The position numbers and the translations under genes are program-made. From NCBI GenBank assembly GCA_965204745.1, contig OZ242010.1:3424001-3488000 (forward strand): a stretch of DNA of 64,000 bases, in the 5' to 3' direction. Positions 1-10,589 of this stretch are shown in pieces. The stretch is from Candidatus Latescibacterota bacterium. GTDB taxonomy: Bacteria; Latescibacterota; UBA2968. How positions within the stretch are numbered: the first letter of the stretch is position 1; each line of letters starts with the position of its first letter. Below the pieces are notes generated by a model, which worked only from the letters and a program-made list of their open reading frames with translations, was not told where the DNA came from and did no database searches.

Positions 1-178
1 CGACGGTAGCCCCCTCAACTTGGGGCGTGCCCACTTGAATTTCGTCGCCGCCACCGACGAGCAAAACATCCGACAAGAGGCGTGACGATCCCACTTCGGC
101 ATCGAGCCGCGCCACGCGGATGTTCTCGCCCTCTCGCACCTTGTATTGGCTACCGGCGATATCGACCACTGCGTACAT
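1..178 (-). CDS. rplU: 50S ribosomal protein L21 (5' part; runs off the window edge)
   Basis: Minus strand reads MYAVVDIAGSQYKVREGENIRV..., the L21 N-terminus; GGAGG RBS upstream. Not in the ORF track. Confidence 0.92.
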   Translation of the reverse strand, partial: MYAVVDIAGSQYKVREGENIRVARLDAEVGSSRLLSDVLLVGGGDEIQVGTPQVEGATV

Positions 179-280
179 GCCAACCTCCAAGAATTGTATT
201 CGTCTCGACAAACGGACTTCCCGACCCACCGGGATCGGGAAGCCAAAGCGTGCCAAATCTATCGGAAGCATCGCTTTGTG

Positions 281-1822
281 TCAAGTTTGAACTTTGTCTG
301 TAATGTCGATTTGCCGCTTTCTGGAGAAGATGCGGTAATCTTCTTCGCGCAAATCCTCTGCTGATTCGACATCGAGCCACACGCGGGTGGATTTGCGGAT
401 GGCTTTGAGGCGTTCGCGGCGGTTTTCCAGCAGATAAAAACCGAGCGTCGGGTGAACTTGAACGGTGAGTCGGCGTTCGAGAGACGCGGCACGCGAGCGT
501 TTGAGCCAGCGTTCAATGCGCGCGAGCACGGTTTCCCGGCTGGGGATATGCCCAGTGCCATAGCATTGCGGGCAAGGCGTGGAATAGGTGGACATCAAAC
601 TGGGGCGCACGCGCTGCCGGGTCATTTCCATCAGGCCAAAGTCGGTGATGCGCGAGTGCCGAATTTTGGAGCGGTCGCGGCGAATGGCTTGGCGCATTTC
701 ATTTTCCACGAGTTTGCGATCCCGCGCCGTGTTCATGTCGATAAAATCCACGACCACGATCCCGCCCATGTCGCGCAACCGAAGTTGGCGGGCCACTTCT
801 CGGGCCGCTTCCAAATTGGTCTTGAGCACGGTTTCATCCTGTTTGGTGCCCCTTCTGCCCACGCTGCGCCCGCTGTTGACATCGATGGCGACCAGGGCTT
901 CGGTCGGGTCGATGATCAGGTACCCCCCGCTTTTGAACCAGACCTTGCGGTGGGTGAGTTTTTCAATTTCTGCCTCGATGCCATACGCGTCGAAGATCGG
1001 GCGCGTCTCGCCGTAGTAGGCGACGGTTTTTCGCAGTTCGGGCGAGACTCCTTTGAGATAGGCTTGAATGCGCTTGTATTCGCGTTTTGAATCCACGATC
1101 AGGCGGTGGACATCTTCGGTGAACAAATCCCGGATGAGGCTGGAGGTCATGCCCATTTCCTTGTAGAGCAATTTGGGGCCGCGGGTTTTCTGACTCTGTT
1201 TTTCAAGGTGTTTCCACGTCGTCAAAAGTCGCTTGAGGTCGCGTCGGAGTTCTCGCTCGCTTTTGCCGCTGGCCTCGGTGCGTACGATCAGGCCAAAGCC
1301 CTCGGATTTGAGATTGTAACCGAGGTCCCGCAGGCGTCGCCTTTCATTGCGGTTGGTGATTTTGCGCGACACCCCCACTTGCCCGCCATTGGGCACGAGC
1401 ACCATAAACCGCCCGGCCAAAGAGGGTTCGGCAGAGACGCGCGGGCCTTTGGTGTTGATGGATTCTTTTGTGATCTGCACGATGAGTTCTCTGCCCTTTT
1501 TGAGCACCTCGTCAATTGATGTGGCGGGTTTGCCGTTTGTCCGCGATTTGACTTCTTCGCGCATTTCCCAATCCGGTTCGACCATTGACCCACGAGATCC
1601 GGGCATGTCTGAAATGTGCAAAAAGGCGGCTTTTTCCTGCCCAATATCGACAAAGGCGGCCTGCATGCTCGGCAACACAGCGGTGACGACTCCGCGATAG
1701 ATATCGCCGACCATGCGTTCTTTTTCAGCGCGTTCAACGAGAATTTCAGCGAGCCGACCATCTTCGAGGATGGCGATTCTCGACTCGTGCGAGGCGACAT
1801 TGATGATGATTTCGGTTTTCAA
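281..1822 (-). CDS. rng: Rne/Rng family ribonuclease (RNase E/G)
   Basis: S1 domain (GDIYRGVV, AAFVDIG), IDVNSG and DFIDM motifs, CPQC Zn-link; usual position upstream of rplU. Confidence 0.92.
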   Translation of the reverse strand: MKTEIIINVASHESRIAILEDGRLAEILVERAEKERMVGDIYRGVVTAVLPSMQAAFVDIGQEKAAFLHISDMPGSRGSMVEPDWEMREEVKSRTNGKPATSIDEVLKKGRELIVQITKESINTKGPRVSAEPSLAGRFMVLVPNGGQVGVSRKITNRNERRRLRDLGYNLKSEGFGLIVRTEASGKSERELRRDLKRLLTTWKHLEKQSQKTRGPKLLYKEMGMTSSLIRDLFTEDVHRLIVDSKREYKRIQAYLKGVSPELRKTVAYYGETRPIFDAYGIEAEIEKLTHRKVWFKSGGYLIIDPTEALVAIDVNSGRSVGRRGTKQDETVLKTNLEAAREVARQLRLRDMGGIVVVDFIDMNTARDRKLVENEMRQAIRRDRSKIRHSRITDFGLMEMTRQRVRPSLMSTYSTPCPQCYGTGHIPSRETVLARIERWLKRSRAASLERRLTVQVHPTLGFYLLENRRERLKAIRKSTRVWLDVESAEDLREEDYRIFSRKRQIDITDKVQT

Positions 1823-1885
1823 TTTTACATCCTTTGAAACGAATAGACGGAACCGGGTACAAGTGAATCTACTGCACGCGGCACT

Positions 1886-2605
1886 TCATTTTGAAACCAC
1901 GCGGCGGGGAAAGATCGTGATCTCTTCGACAATGACGCGGTTGGGCAGTTGCGCGACCATGACAGCGGCCGCGGCGATGTCTTCGGGCACCAGGGCCGCG
2001 GCGCGTTTGGCATCCGAGACCGGGTTGGGGCGATGCGCCAAGATGGGGGTATCGACTTCGCCGGGATAAATGCAGCAAGCGCGAATGCCCTGGTCCCTGA
2101 ACTCGGCATTGATGGATTGGGTGAGGGCGGCCATGCCAAATTTGGACGCGCTATACGCCGCGCCGCTGATCATCCCCGCCCGCTTGCCGGCCATAGATGA
2201 AATGTTGATGACCAAGCCGGCGCGTTGCGTTTTCATCTGCGGCAACACAGCGCGAAAAGCGTAAAACGCGCCCGAGAGATTGATCGCGAGGACGCGCTCC
2301 CAGTCGCGGTCCGATATGTCGCTCAGGTGGCGTTTTTTCGTGTTGATGCCCGCGTTGTTCACCAGAATGTCGATGCGACCAAACGCATCTGTCGTTTGTT
2401 TGGCGAGCGATTGCACGGCTTGGGGATCCGCGACATCCGCGGCGCGAATTTCGACTCGGACACCGGCGCATTGCCCCGCGATTTCCTCGAGGGGTTCAAC
2501 GCGCCGACCTGCTAGGGCGAGGTTGTACCCCGCTTTGGCATACGCGAGGGCAATGCCCGCGCCAATGCCAGTGCCCGCGCCGGTAATGATGGCGGTTTTG
2601 GACAT
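1886..2605 (-). CDS. SDR family oxidoreductase
   Basis: TGAGTGIG, NNAG and YSASK motifs. Confidence 0.92.
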   Translation of the reverse strand: MSKTAIITGAGTGIGAGIALAYAKAGYNLALAGRRVEPLEEIAGQCAGVRVEIRAADVADPQAVQSLAKQTTDAFGRIDILVNNAGINTKKRHLSDISDRDWERVLAINLSGAFYAFRAVLPQMKTQRAGLVINISSMAGKRAGMISGAAYSASKFGMAALTQSINAEFRDQGIRACCIYPGEVDTPILAHRPNPVSDAKRAAALVPEDIAAAAVMVAQLPNRVIVEEITIFPRRVVSK

Positions 2606-2617
2606 TTTGCACGCTCC

Positions 2618-3475
2618 TCATACGAGTTGAATGCGGTCTGCAATGGCAAAAAAAAAGGGGCGAGACCAGATTTCGAGTGTTTCGGGATTTTTGACAAAGG
2701 GTTCTATATCTTTTTTCGCCCAATCGACATTTAGGGCATCAATGGCGTCGTGCAAGGCTTGGCGAAACGCCTGCGGCGTTGCGACATCCCGGTCCCCGCT
2801 TTGTCTCAAACGCTGTCTGAGGTGGGACAAATTCAACTGGGGATGACGCGCCACATACCAGACGAGATCGTACCAGTCGCGTCCCTTGACCCTTTGTTTC
2901 CACTTTCGGCACAACAAGGCGTGCATTTTTCCAGCAAACAAATCGGGCAAGGCATAGACGCGCACGGAAAAGGGAATGGGATTGAGCAAATACGCGATTT
3001 CGGTTTCAAATCCGCCGGGCGGATCGGTATCGACTTCCAGTTTGATTTTCACCTGTTGCCCTTTGGGCAGTTCGCGCACAATGTCTTTCTCCGCTTCAAT
3101 AATCAAGAGTTGTTTGAGCGTATTCGCTTTGAGAAATGCCGATTGGATGGCACTCGCGGTTCGCTTGCTTTTTGTTTCGGTCCAAACATCAAAGCCAAAT
3201 GCGCGCATCTCCCGTTGCAGGGCATCGCCATACCTGCCCAAATCGAAATTTTGTGACGGACTTAAAAGCGAAAAGTCGAGGTCTTCTGAAAACCGGTCTA
3301 ACCCGTGCAAAATGCGGAGCGATGTGCCCCCGTAAAAAGCGGCCTTTTCAAAAAACTTGCTGCGCCACAGGCCGAGTAAGGCGATTTCCTGCAATATTTC
3401 CCGAAGTGCCTGCACGTAATCCTCGACCCGACGGCAATCGTATTTTGCCAACATTTGACGCACCGCTTCATGCAT
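2618..3475 (-). CDS. AbiEii/AbiGii-family nucleotidyltransferase toxin (type IV TA)
   Basis: FYGGTSL, RFSEDLDF, KMHAL and RDWYD motifs. Confidence 0.88.
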   Translation of the reverse strand: MHEAVRQMLAKYDCRRVEDYVQALREILQEIALLGLWRSKFFEKAAFYGGTSLRILHGLDRFSEDLDFSLLSPSQNFDLGRYGDALQREMRAFGFDVWTETKSKRTASAIQSAFLKANTLKQLLIIEAEKDIVRELPKGQQVKIKLEVDTDPPGGFETEIAYLLNPIPFSVRVYALPDLFAGKMHALLCRKWKQRVKGRDWYDLVWYVARHPQLNLSHLRQRLRQSGDRDVATPQAFRQALHDAIDALNVDWAKKDIEPFVKNPETLEIWSRPFFFAIADRIQLV

Positions 3476-4127
3476 AGACGACTTCCTTTGAACGCTGATG
3501 TCGATGGATTACAGCCTGCAACAGCCGAAGTTTTTGAGATCGATAGCACGCGGCAATATCGCGCAATTTGTTTGAATCGAGACGGTAGAACATATCTTCG
3601 TCAATACGCAGGTCTTCAAACAAATAGACCCTCATATCTCGTTGCGACCAAATGGCATGCCCGCGCTGGTTACGCACTTTATCGGCAAGTGCTTTTTCCG
3701 GCGTTGCCATTAAAAAGGCGCGATTGGATGCCGATTCGACGCGATGCACCCCGGTCCGATAGGCCAGCAAGGGCACTTCGCGGTAGGTAAATTTTCCCAC
3801 AGGAGTCGAAAATGTCCTGTTATTACCACACGTAACCGACGTGATCGTTTCGACCCGCTCGGGAATCAGACCGTAATAATACAGGGCGTAGTCCATGGAA
3901 ATATAAGAAGGCCCGTAGATCAAATTGGCGAGCACTTCCCTCGCATAGGGGCCGCGTGCATACAGATCGCCAAAGACGTACAACCCCTTTTTCACGCGAA
4001 TGATCGCCCCCTTTCGCAGCAAGTCGGTGATTTTATCGCGCGGATGGGCATAGGACTTCAAGCAATCCAAAAGTGCCAGATAGTCAAATTCTTCGCGCAA
4101 AATTTGTCGCCTAATAAATTCTATCAT
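3468..4127 (-). CDS. AbiEi-family antitoxin/transcriptional regulator
   Basis: IIRVKKGLY, PSYIS...ALYYYGLIPE and ATPEKALAD motifs; overlaps the toxin start. Confidence 0.85.
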   Translation of the reverse strand: MIEFIRRQILREEFDYLALLDCLKSYAHPRDKITDLLRKGAIIRVKKGLYVFGDLYARGPYAREVLANLIYGPSYISMDYALYYYGLIPERVETITSVTCGNNRTFSTPVGKFTYREVPLLAYRTGVHRVESASNRAFLMATPEKALADKVRNQRGHAIWSQRDMRVYLFEDLRIDEDMFYRLDSNKLRDIAACYRSQKLRLLQAVIHRHQRSKEVVYA

Positions 4128-4478
4128 CGCATTTTAAGGGAAAAATATTGTCATTTTTCGCACAGTATGTCGAAAAAATATCGACATACTATGTTATAGT
4201 ATACGATGGCATCTCAAAAAAAAAAAGAAAAATCACAGATGCCTCGGGCTATTTGCGTATATTTGATTTCTATTTGTCCTCATTTTTCAAATCCACGACC
4301 AAAGCGCGCACAGGCCCTGCAACGGAGCGAGTAATAGACAGCGCGGGGTACACGCGATAGCAGTTCATCGTAGGGACAGGCCCCGTGCCTATCCGAAGCA
4401 GGGACTCGTTGAGATGTCCCAGTATATAGGTCAATTTGGTATTACATGCGTTGGATGATTCAAAACAAGGAGAGCGCG

Positions 4479-5702
4479 ATGATTGAAATGGACGATGCCA
4501 TTCGCATTGTGTTGGAAAACACGCGGACCATTGACACGACCCGCGTTGGGTTGGGCGAGGTGTTGGGGCGCGTGCTAGCCGAAGAGGTGCGTTCCGATAT
4601 CGACATGCCGCCCTTTGACAAGGCCCTCATGGACGGGTACGCGCTTCGGGGCGCGGATATCGCATCGGCGTCTCAAACGACGCCAGCCATTCTCGATGTA
4701 ATCGAAGAGATTCCCGCGGGCAATGTGCCGCAAAAGCGCGTGGAAAGTGGGCAGGCGTCTCGGATTATGACGGGCGCGCCAATGCCCGAAGGCGCGGATA
4801 CCGTGGCGATGGTGGAGGACACGGAAGCGGATACAGATGCCGAGAAAGTGCGGGTGCTCGCCATCACAGAAACCGGGAGGAACATCGCCCGGCTCGGCGA
4901 AGATGTGCGGGTGGATCAAGTGGTCTTACGGGCCAACGCGCTTATACGCCCGCCCGAAGTGGGCATTCTCGCCGCCGTGGGCCATGTGGATATCGAGGTC
5001 TATCGCCAACCCGTGGTGGGCGTTGTGGCGACGGGCAGCGAGGTGGTTGAACCGCAGCACAAACCCAAGCCCGGGCAGATTCGGAACAGCAATGGATATT
5101 CGATGGTGGCGCAGGTCTTACGGGCGGGCGCGCAAGCGCGTTATTTTGGCATTGTGGAAGACGATGTCGATGCGCTGATCCAGACTATCGGCGAGGGGTT
5201 GGCGACCTGCGATGTGGTCGCATTGTCGGGCGGCGTCTCTGCCGGGGATTACGATTTGGTGCAAGATGGCATGCGGGATTTGGGGGTCAAGGTGTTGTTT
5301 GACCGCATTCGCATGAAGCCCGGCAAACCCCTGACATTTGGGGTCAAGGGGGCCAAGCAGGTCTTTGGGTTGCCCGGCAATCCGGTGTCTTCTGTGGTGG
5401 GCTTGGAATTGCTCATGCGCCCTGCGATAAAAAAAATGCAGGGCCTGGTGGATGTGCATCTCCGCACGGTCCGCACCGCGCTCAAGGCCGACTTTCGACA
5501 AACCCCCGGGCGAAAACAGTTCGTGCCCGCGCATAGCGTTCAAGGCAAAACCGGCGCGTGGGAAAGCACATGGGTGGGGCATCACGGCTCGGCAGATCTG
5601 TTTTCAATGGCCCGCGCAAACAGCTTGTTTGTGGTCGATGCCGAATTAGCACAGGTGAACGCTGGCGAGGAATTGGATCTCATTTTGTTGGAGGGTTGGT
5701 AA
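4479..5702 (+). CDS. moeA: Molybdopterin molybdotransferase
   Basis: PPFDKALMDGYA, IMTGAP, SGGVSAG, KPGKP and GLPGNP motifs; AAGGAG RBS favours the ATG at 4479. Confidence 0.93.
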   Translation: MIEMDDAIRIVLENTRTIDTTRVGLGEVLGRVLAEEVRSDIDMPPFDKALMDGYALRGADIASASQTTPAILDVIEEIPAGNVPQKRVESGQASRIMTGAPMPEGADTVAMVEDTEADTDAEKVRVLAITETGRNIARLGEDVRVDQVVLRANALIRPPEVGILAAVGHVDIEVYRQPVVGVVATGSEVVEPQHKPKPGQIRNSNGYSMVAQVLRAGAQARYFGIVEDDVDALIQTIGEGLATCDVVALSGGVSAGDYDLVQDGMRDLGVKVLFDRIRMKPGKPLTFGVKGAKQVFGLPGNPVSSVVGLELLMRPAIKKMQGLVDVHLRTVRTALKADFRQTPGRKQFVPAHSVQGKTGAWESTWVGHHGSADLFSMARANSLFVVDAELAQVNAGEELDLILLEGW

Positions 5703-5772
5703 ATCCGCGTGTCTGACCGGCGTGCGCGACTGCCGAGCGCGGCGGTCTTTCAAAAAAATGTGTTAAATTTGC

Positions 5773-5801
5773 TTGACACTGAACAGACACCTTGTTAAAT
5801 T
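5773..5801 (+). promoter_or_regulatory. Sigma70-like promoter of tRNA-Asp
   Basis: TTGACA-17 nt-TAAATT about 50 bp upstream of the tRNA. Confidence 0.65.
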
Positions 5802-5848
5802 CTCGACACTTCGGGAAGATGAATGTCTAGAAATAAAAAACGAAATTC

Positions 5849-5926
5849 GGGGTAGTAGCTCAGTTTGGTTAGAGTACTGGCCTGTCACGCCAGTGGTCGC
5901 GGGTTCGAGTCCCGTCTGCCCCGCCA
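5849..5926 (+). tRNA. tRNA-Asp(GTC)
   Basis: Acceptor stem GGGGTAG/CTGCCCC, anticodon arm CTGGC-CTGTCAC-GCCAG, TTCGAGT T-loop, encoded CCA. Confidence 0.97.
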
Positions 5927-5932
5927 TCAATC

Positions 5933-5968
5933 AAAAAGCTCGACGCAATCACTTGTGTCGGGCTTTTT
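5933..5968 (+). terminator. Intrinsic terminator after tRNA-Asp
   Basis: AAAAAGCTCGACGCAA-tcac-TTGTGTCGGGCTTTTT stem-loop with U tract. Confidence 0.8.
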
Positions 5969-6011
5969 GGTATGTACTGTAACCCGTTAAGAAGCTGTTT
6001 TAATTTTTTTC

Positions 6012-6258
6012 GACCTATCCCCCTAACCCTCGTTGCTCGCTACGCTTCGTTGTAAGCGTGCCTACGAAGATGGGATTTTAGCCACGAGCTGGGTACAACT
6101 GGCGATAGCCAGTTCAAAGGCATAAAAGGCACAAAAGGGGTACATGGCGATAGCCAGTTCAAAGACACAAAGCGATGCCCCCGTGCTCGCCCAAAGATAC
6201 AAGAATGGGGAAGATCATCTCCCCTCCCCGTTTCGGGGAGGGGCCGGGGGAGGGGTCA
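6012..6258. repeat. Mosaic of dispersed intergenic repeats
   Basis: Two GGGTACA...GCGATAGCCAGTTCA motifs, AAAAGGCAC repeats (inverted copies near 11010-11075 and 18937-18975), and a CCCCTCCCCGTTTCGGGGAGGGG hairpin also seen near 56974. Confidence 0.75.
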
Positions 6259-6269
6259 GACAACTTCTA

Positions 6270-6824
6270 GGTTGTGTTGACATTTCATTTTTTTGACGTT
6301 ACGCACAGAGTAGCAACTGTGTTGCTTCTTGCTCATTTAAGGCGTTTGGTCCTTTGATGGCTTAGGTTGCTCTGATGGCGTTTTGCGAGGGGACCTATCC
6401 CCCGGCCCCTTTCCTACGAGGAAAGGGGAGTAAAGCACCTTTGATGGCTTATCTCAAGGGTTGCTCTGATGGCATTGACCGAGGGCATAAAGCGATTAAA
6501 AATCCCTCACACCATCCCCTCGTAAAACCCATCCGCGTTCCCCCCTTCCTCGCAGGAAGGGGGGTTAGGGGGGTAGGTCCCGATAGGGCATAAAGCGATT
6601 AAAATCCCTCACACCATCCCCTCGCAAAACCGCTCACAGTTCCCCCTTTCTCACAGGCACAGGCGTAGCCTACAACGAAGCGAGTAACAGGGGCCAGGGG
6701 GGTAGGTCCCGATAAGGAGCACCTGTTTCAGTTTCTCAAACCGAGAGCATATTCTGCGATAGGGCTTGATTTTCTCGATAAATCGCTCAAGCTAGTTGCT
6801 TTGCTCCTAAATGTCAACACGACC
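6270..6824. mobile_element. IS5-family-derived MITE, copy 1
   Basis: 16-bp TIRs GGTTGTGTTGACATTT / AAATGTCAACACGACC, TA on both flanks, minus-strand remnant of an IS5 transposase C-terminus; homologous to 61586-62013. Confidence 0.82.
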
Positions 6825-6841
6825 TAATACCAAAGGGATTT

Positions 6842-9800
6842 ATGTCTGTCGAGAGATTGTACAATCGCATGAAAAATTCGCCGCCGTTTAAGGACTTGGC
6901 GCGAAAATTGGAATCCGGGGATCAGGAGGTGACCATGCGCGGGGGCGCGGGGTCCCTGTCGGCATTTGCTATCGCTTGGATCGAAGAATCCGTGCCCGGC
7001 CCGGTGGTGGTCGCGTGCGCGGATGAGGAGCGCGCCGAGGCATTGCGAAATGATTTGGAGCGGCTGGTCAAAGATGTGGGATATTTCCCGGGCTGGGATG
7101 TGGCGCATTGGGATGGGCGTTCCCCGCCTTTGGACGTGGTGGGATTGCGGATGGAAGCATTGGATCAGTTGCACCGGGGAGCGAGTGGCATCGTCGTTGC
7201 ACCGATTGAAGCCCTGATGGGGCACACCTTGTCCCCGGATCTGTTTGACTTGAGTGTGAAGACGGTTCGGTTGGATCAGGAGATCGCGCCTTTGGAATTG
7301 GCGGATCATCTGGTGGAAATCGGCTATGAGCGCGTGACCACTGTGGAGGGCGTGGGGCAATTTGGCATGCGCGGTGGCATTTTGGATGTTTGTTCGTTTG
7401 GCAACGCGCATCCGGTTCGGCTGGAGTTTTGGGGCGATGAGATATCGTCGATCCGCGCGTTTGATTTGAGTACGCAGCGATCCGTGGCGCAGTTGGAGGC
7501 AACGCGAATTTTGCCTTGCCGCGAAAGTGTGCTCCCGCTGACGATGGCGGATATCTATTTGGAGAATCTGGAGAAAGCAGAGCGCGATTTGGGCATTGAA
7601 TTGCCCACCGTGCGGGAGATGCTGGAACGCGAAGGGGTTTTTGAGGGTCAGGAGCACTACCTCGGCGCATTGTATGGCGAGCGCACGGGTTTGTTGGATT
7701 ACGTGCCCGAAGGGTGTTGGGTCGTCTTAGATGACCCCGATGGCATCGCCGGCGCAGCGGATAAGGCATGGGCCGCGTGCGAGCAACTCGCACAGCGCAA
7801 AAAGAAACGGCGTTCGGAAACAGAACCCCTGCCAGCGCGGTACGTACTCCGCAAGCCAAAGGATGTGCTTCGCCAGTTGGAACGCATGCCTCGGGTGGTG
7901 AATCGCGCATTGGGCGGCGCGGCTGAAGATGCGGTGGATTTTGGCGGGCAGAGCGGGCAGCACTACGAGGGGCATGTGGCGGTGTTGAAAGAGGATTTGC
8001 GAAAGTACTGGCTGGATGCGTATGAGGTCGTCATCCTTTGCGAGAGCGCGGGACAGCAGGCGCGCTTAGAGGAAATTTTGGAAGACAGCGCCGATGTGGT
8101 CTCGATTTACGTGGGCGCGTTGCAAGCCGGATTTGCGTACGGACCCGGCGAGGTCTTTTTGGTCAATGACCATGAAATTTACAGCCGCGTGCGTCGGCGA
8201 CGGCGGTATCGGCGGTTTCAAGATGCGTCGCCGATCAAGACGGTGGCCGCCCTTCAGCGCGGCGATTTTGTCGTGCATGTGGATCACGGCATCGGGCGGT
8301 TTGAAGGCGTAGAGCGCATTGAGATGGGCCGCTTGGCCAGCGATTGCCTCGCCCTTGGGTATCGGGACGGGGATCGGGTTTTTGTGCCGGTGGATCAGAT
8401 GAACCGCGTGCAAAAGTATTCCGGGCGAGATGGCGTAGCACCCGTGCTGAGCAAATTGGGCACGGTGGCATGGGAGCGGTTGAAGGAAAGGACGCGCAAA
8501 GCCATTTTCAAAATGGCGGCAGAGCTCGTGGCATTGTACGCCGAACGCAAAGCGCGACCGGGCACGGCATTTTCGCCCGATAGCGCGGAGATGAAGGCGT
8601 TGGAAGCATCGTTTCCCTTTAGCGAAACCCGGGATCAACAAACGGCGATAGAGGCCGTGTGCCGAGACATGGAATCGAGGTCCGCGATGGATCGGTTGAT
8701 TTGTGGCGACGTGGGATACGGCAAGACCGAGGTGGCGATTCGCGCGGCATTCAAGGCGATTTTAGACGGCGAGCAAGTGGCGGTTTTGGCCCCCACGACC
8801 ATTTTGGCGCAACAGCACTTTCGCACGTTTTCCGAGCGGTTTGCGGAATTTCCCGTGCATGTGGCGGTTTTGAGCCGGTTCCGCACGCGGGCCGAGCAAC
8901 AACGCACCCTCGAGCGGATGAAGAATGGGAGCGTGGATATCGTGGTGGGCACGCATCGGTTGTTGTCTAAGGACATCCATTTTAAGTCCTTGGGGCTTTT
9001 GGTCATAGACGAAGAACACCGCTTTGGGGTTCGGCACAAAGAGCGATTAAAAGAGATGCGGCGGTTGGTGGATGTATTGACCCTTACCGCCACGCCCATT
9101 CCGCGCACCTTGCACATGTCCCTGATGGGCGCGCGCGATATGTCCGTGATTCAAACCCCGCCCAAGGATCGCTTGCCCATTCAGACCGAAGTGCTGGCAT
9201 TTGAGGAGGAGCGCATTGCCGAGGCGATTTTGCGCGAAGTGGATCGCGGCGGGCAGATCTACTTTGTCCACAATCGCATTCAGTCCATGCCGGCGATGAT
9301 GGACTTTCTCTATCACTTGGTGCCCGAAGTGCGGTTGGGAATGGGGCATGGGCAAATGCCCGAGCGACAACTCGAAAAGGTGATGCTGGACTTTTTCGAG
9401 CACAAGTACGACGTTCTGGTCTCGACGATGATCGTGGAGTCCGGGTTGGATATTCCCAATGTGAATACCCTGATCGTGAACCGCGCGGATCGCTTGGGCT
9501 TGGCGCAATTGTACCAGTTGCGCGGCCGGGTGGGGCGGTCGAATAAGCGGGCGTATGCGTATTTGTTCGTGCCGTCGCGCCAAGCCCTTAGAAAAGCGGC
9601 TGTGCGGCGGTTGCGCGCCATTGAGGAGTTTTCGGATTTGGGATCTGGATTTCACATTTCCATGCGGGATATGGAAATTCGCGGCGCGGGCAATGTCTTG
9701 GGGGCGCAACAACACGGGCATATTGCGGCTGTGGGATTCGATTTGTACACGCGCTTGTTGGACGAGGCCGTGCGGCAGATCAAGGGCGATGAGACCGAAC

Positions 9801-10252
9801 CCGCGATTGAGCCAGAGGTGCAAGTGTCGGTCTCGTCGTACATTCCAAACGATTATATTCCGGATGCGGATCAAAAGATGCAGTTTTACCAGCGGTTGGG
9901 CGAGATGCGCCGAACCGTGGAGGTGCTCGCAATTGAAGAGGAACTCGCGGATCGCTTCGGGCCTTTGCCCGAACCCACCGCCGCATTGTTGGATGTTTTA
10001 CAGGTCAAAATTTTGGCACGCCAACTCCGGTTGTCGCAGTTGCACATCGGCGAGGTGATGACGATGACCCTGTCTCCTGAAAACATGCTGACCCGGCAAG
10101 AGATCGAGCGGATGGTGACGCAGTCGCCCCTGCCCCTACAATTCGCACTGGGAGACCCGCCAAAGATCGAGGTCGCACTGATCGGCAAGGGGCCCCAGTC
10201 GCGCTTGGAATCGGCGAAAAATGTGTTGCAGAGCCTTATCGCCAACCCGTAA
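6842..10252 (+). CDS. mfd: Transcription-repair coupling factor
   Basis: UvrB-homology module, RID (VVHVDHGIGRF), GDVGYGKT, DEEH, QLRGRVGR and TRCF C-terminus. Confidence 0.97.
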   Translation: MSVERLYNRMKNSPPFKDLARKLESGDQEVTMRGGAGSLSAFAIAWIEESVPGPVVVACADEERAEALRNDLERLVKDVGYFPGWDVAHWDGRSPPLDVVGLRMEALDQLHRGASGIVVAPIEALMGHTLSPDLFDLSVKTVRLDQEIAPLELADHLVEIGYERVTTVEGVGQFGMRGGILDVCSFGNAHPVRLEFWGDEISSIRAFDLSTQRSVAQLEATRILPCRESVLPLTMADIYLENLEKAERDLGIELPTVREMLEREGVFEGQEHYLGALYGERTGLLDYVPEGCWVVLDDPDGIAGAADKAWAACEQLAQRKKKRRSETEPLPARYVLRKPKDVLRQLERMPRVVNRALGGAAEDAVDFGGQSGQHYEGHVAVLKEDLRKYWLDAYEVVILCESAGQQARLEEILEDSADVVSIYVGALQAGFAYGPGEVFLVNDHEIYSRVRRRRRYRRFQDASPIKTVAALQRGDFVVHVDHGIGRFEGVERIEMGRLASDCLALGYRDGDRVFVPVDQMNRVQKYSGRDGVAPVLSKLGTVAWERLKERTRKAIFKMAAELVALYAERKARPGTAFSPDSAEMKALEASFPFSETRDQQTAIEAVCRDMESRSAMDRLICGDVGYGKTEVAIRAAFKAILDGEQVAVLAPTTILAQQHFRTFSERFAEFPVHVAVLSRFRTRAEQQRTLERMKNGSVDIVVGTHRLLSKDIHFKSLGLLVIDEEHRFGVRHKERLKEMRRLVDVLTLTATPIPRTLHMSLMGARDMSVIQTPPKDRLPIQTEVLAFEEERIAEAILREVDRGGQIYFVHNRIQSMPAMMDFLYHLVPEVRLGMGHGQMPERQLEKVMLDFFEHKYDVLVSTMIVESGLDIPNVNTLIVNRADRLGLAQLYQLRGRVGRSNKRAYAYLFVPSRQALRKAAVRRLRAIEEFSDLGSGFHISMRDMEIRGAGNVLGAQQHGHIAAVGFDLYTRLLDEAVRQIKGDETEPAIEPEVQVSVSSYIPNDYIPDADQKMQFYQRLGEMRRTVEVLAIEEELADRFGPLPEPTAALLDVLQVKILARQLRLSQLHIGEVMTMTLSPENMLTRQEIERMVTQSPLPLQFALGDPPKIEVALIGKGPQSRLESAKNVLQSLIANP

Positions 10253-10589
10253 AATCCCATATCTTTGGGCGAGCACAAATGCGTTTGGTCCTACAGCCTC
10301 GTTGGTTGCCTCCGATGCCTTCGGCGACCTACTTTTTTTCAACAGCAAAAAAAAGTAGGCGAGCGGGGTACAACTGCCCCAGCAGTTCAAAAATGCCGCT
10401 CTCAAACGCCGAGGGGCTTGCACAGCGCAAATCGCTTTTGTAATCGCACGATGAGACAGCCTGCAAAGTTAGTTGCATAATGGATGTGGGTTGCGAGACG
10501 GCCTTGCGCGCTGTGCGTGATGGCTTGATCGGAGGAGGTTTTGCGAGAGCACTTGTTGGGATGCCTTCTTTGAACTGCGGAACGGCAGT

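Noticed and set aside
180-280. L21 leader RNA
   Set aside because: A hairpin exists at about 217-242, but I cannot match it to the known leader without a covariance search.
5927-6270. Integrative element at tRNA-Asp
   Set aside because: No integrase and no duplicated tRNA 3' end seen in the window.
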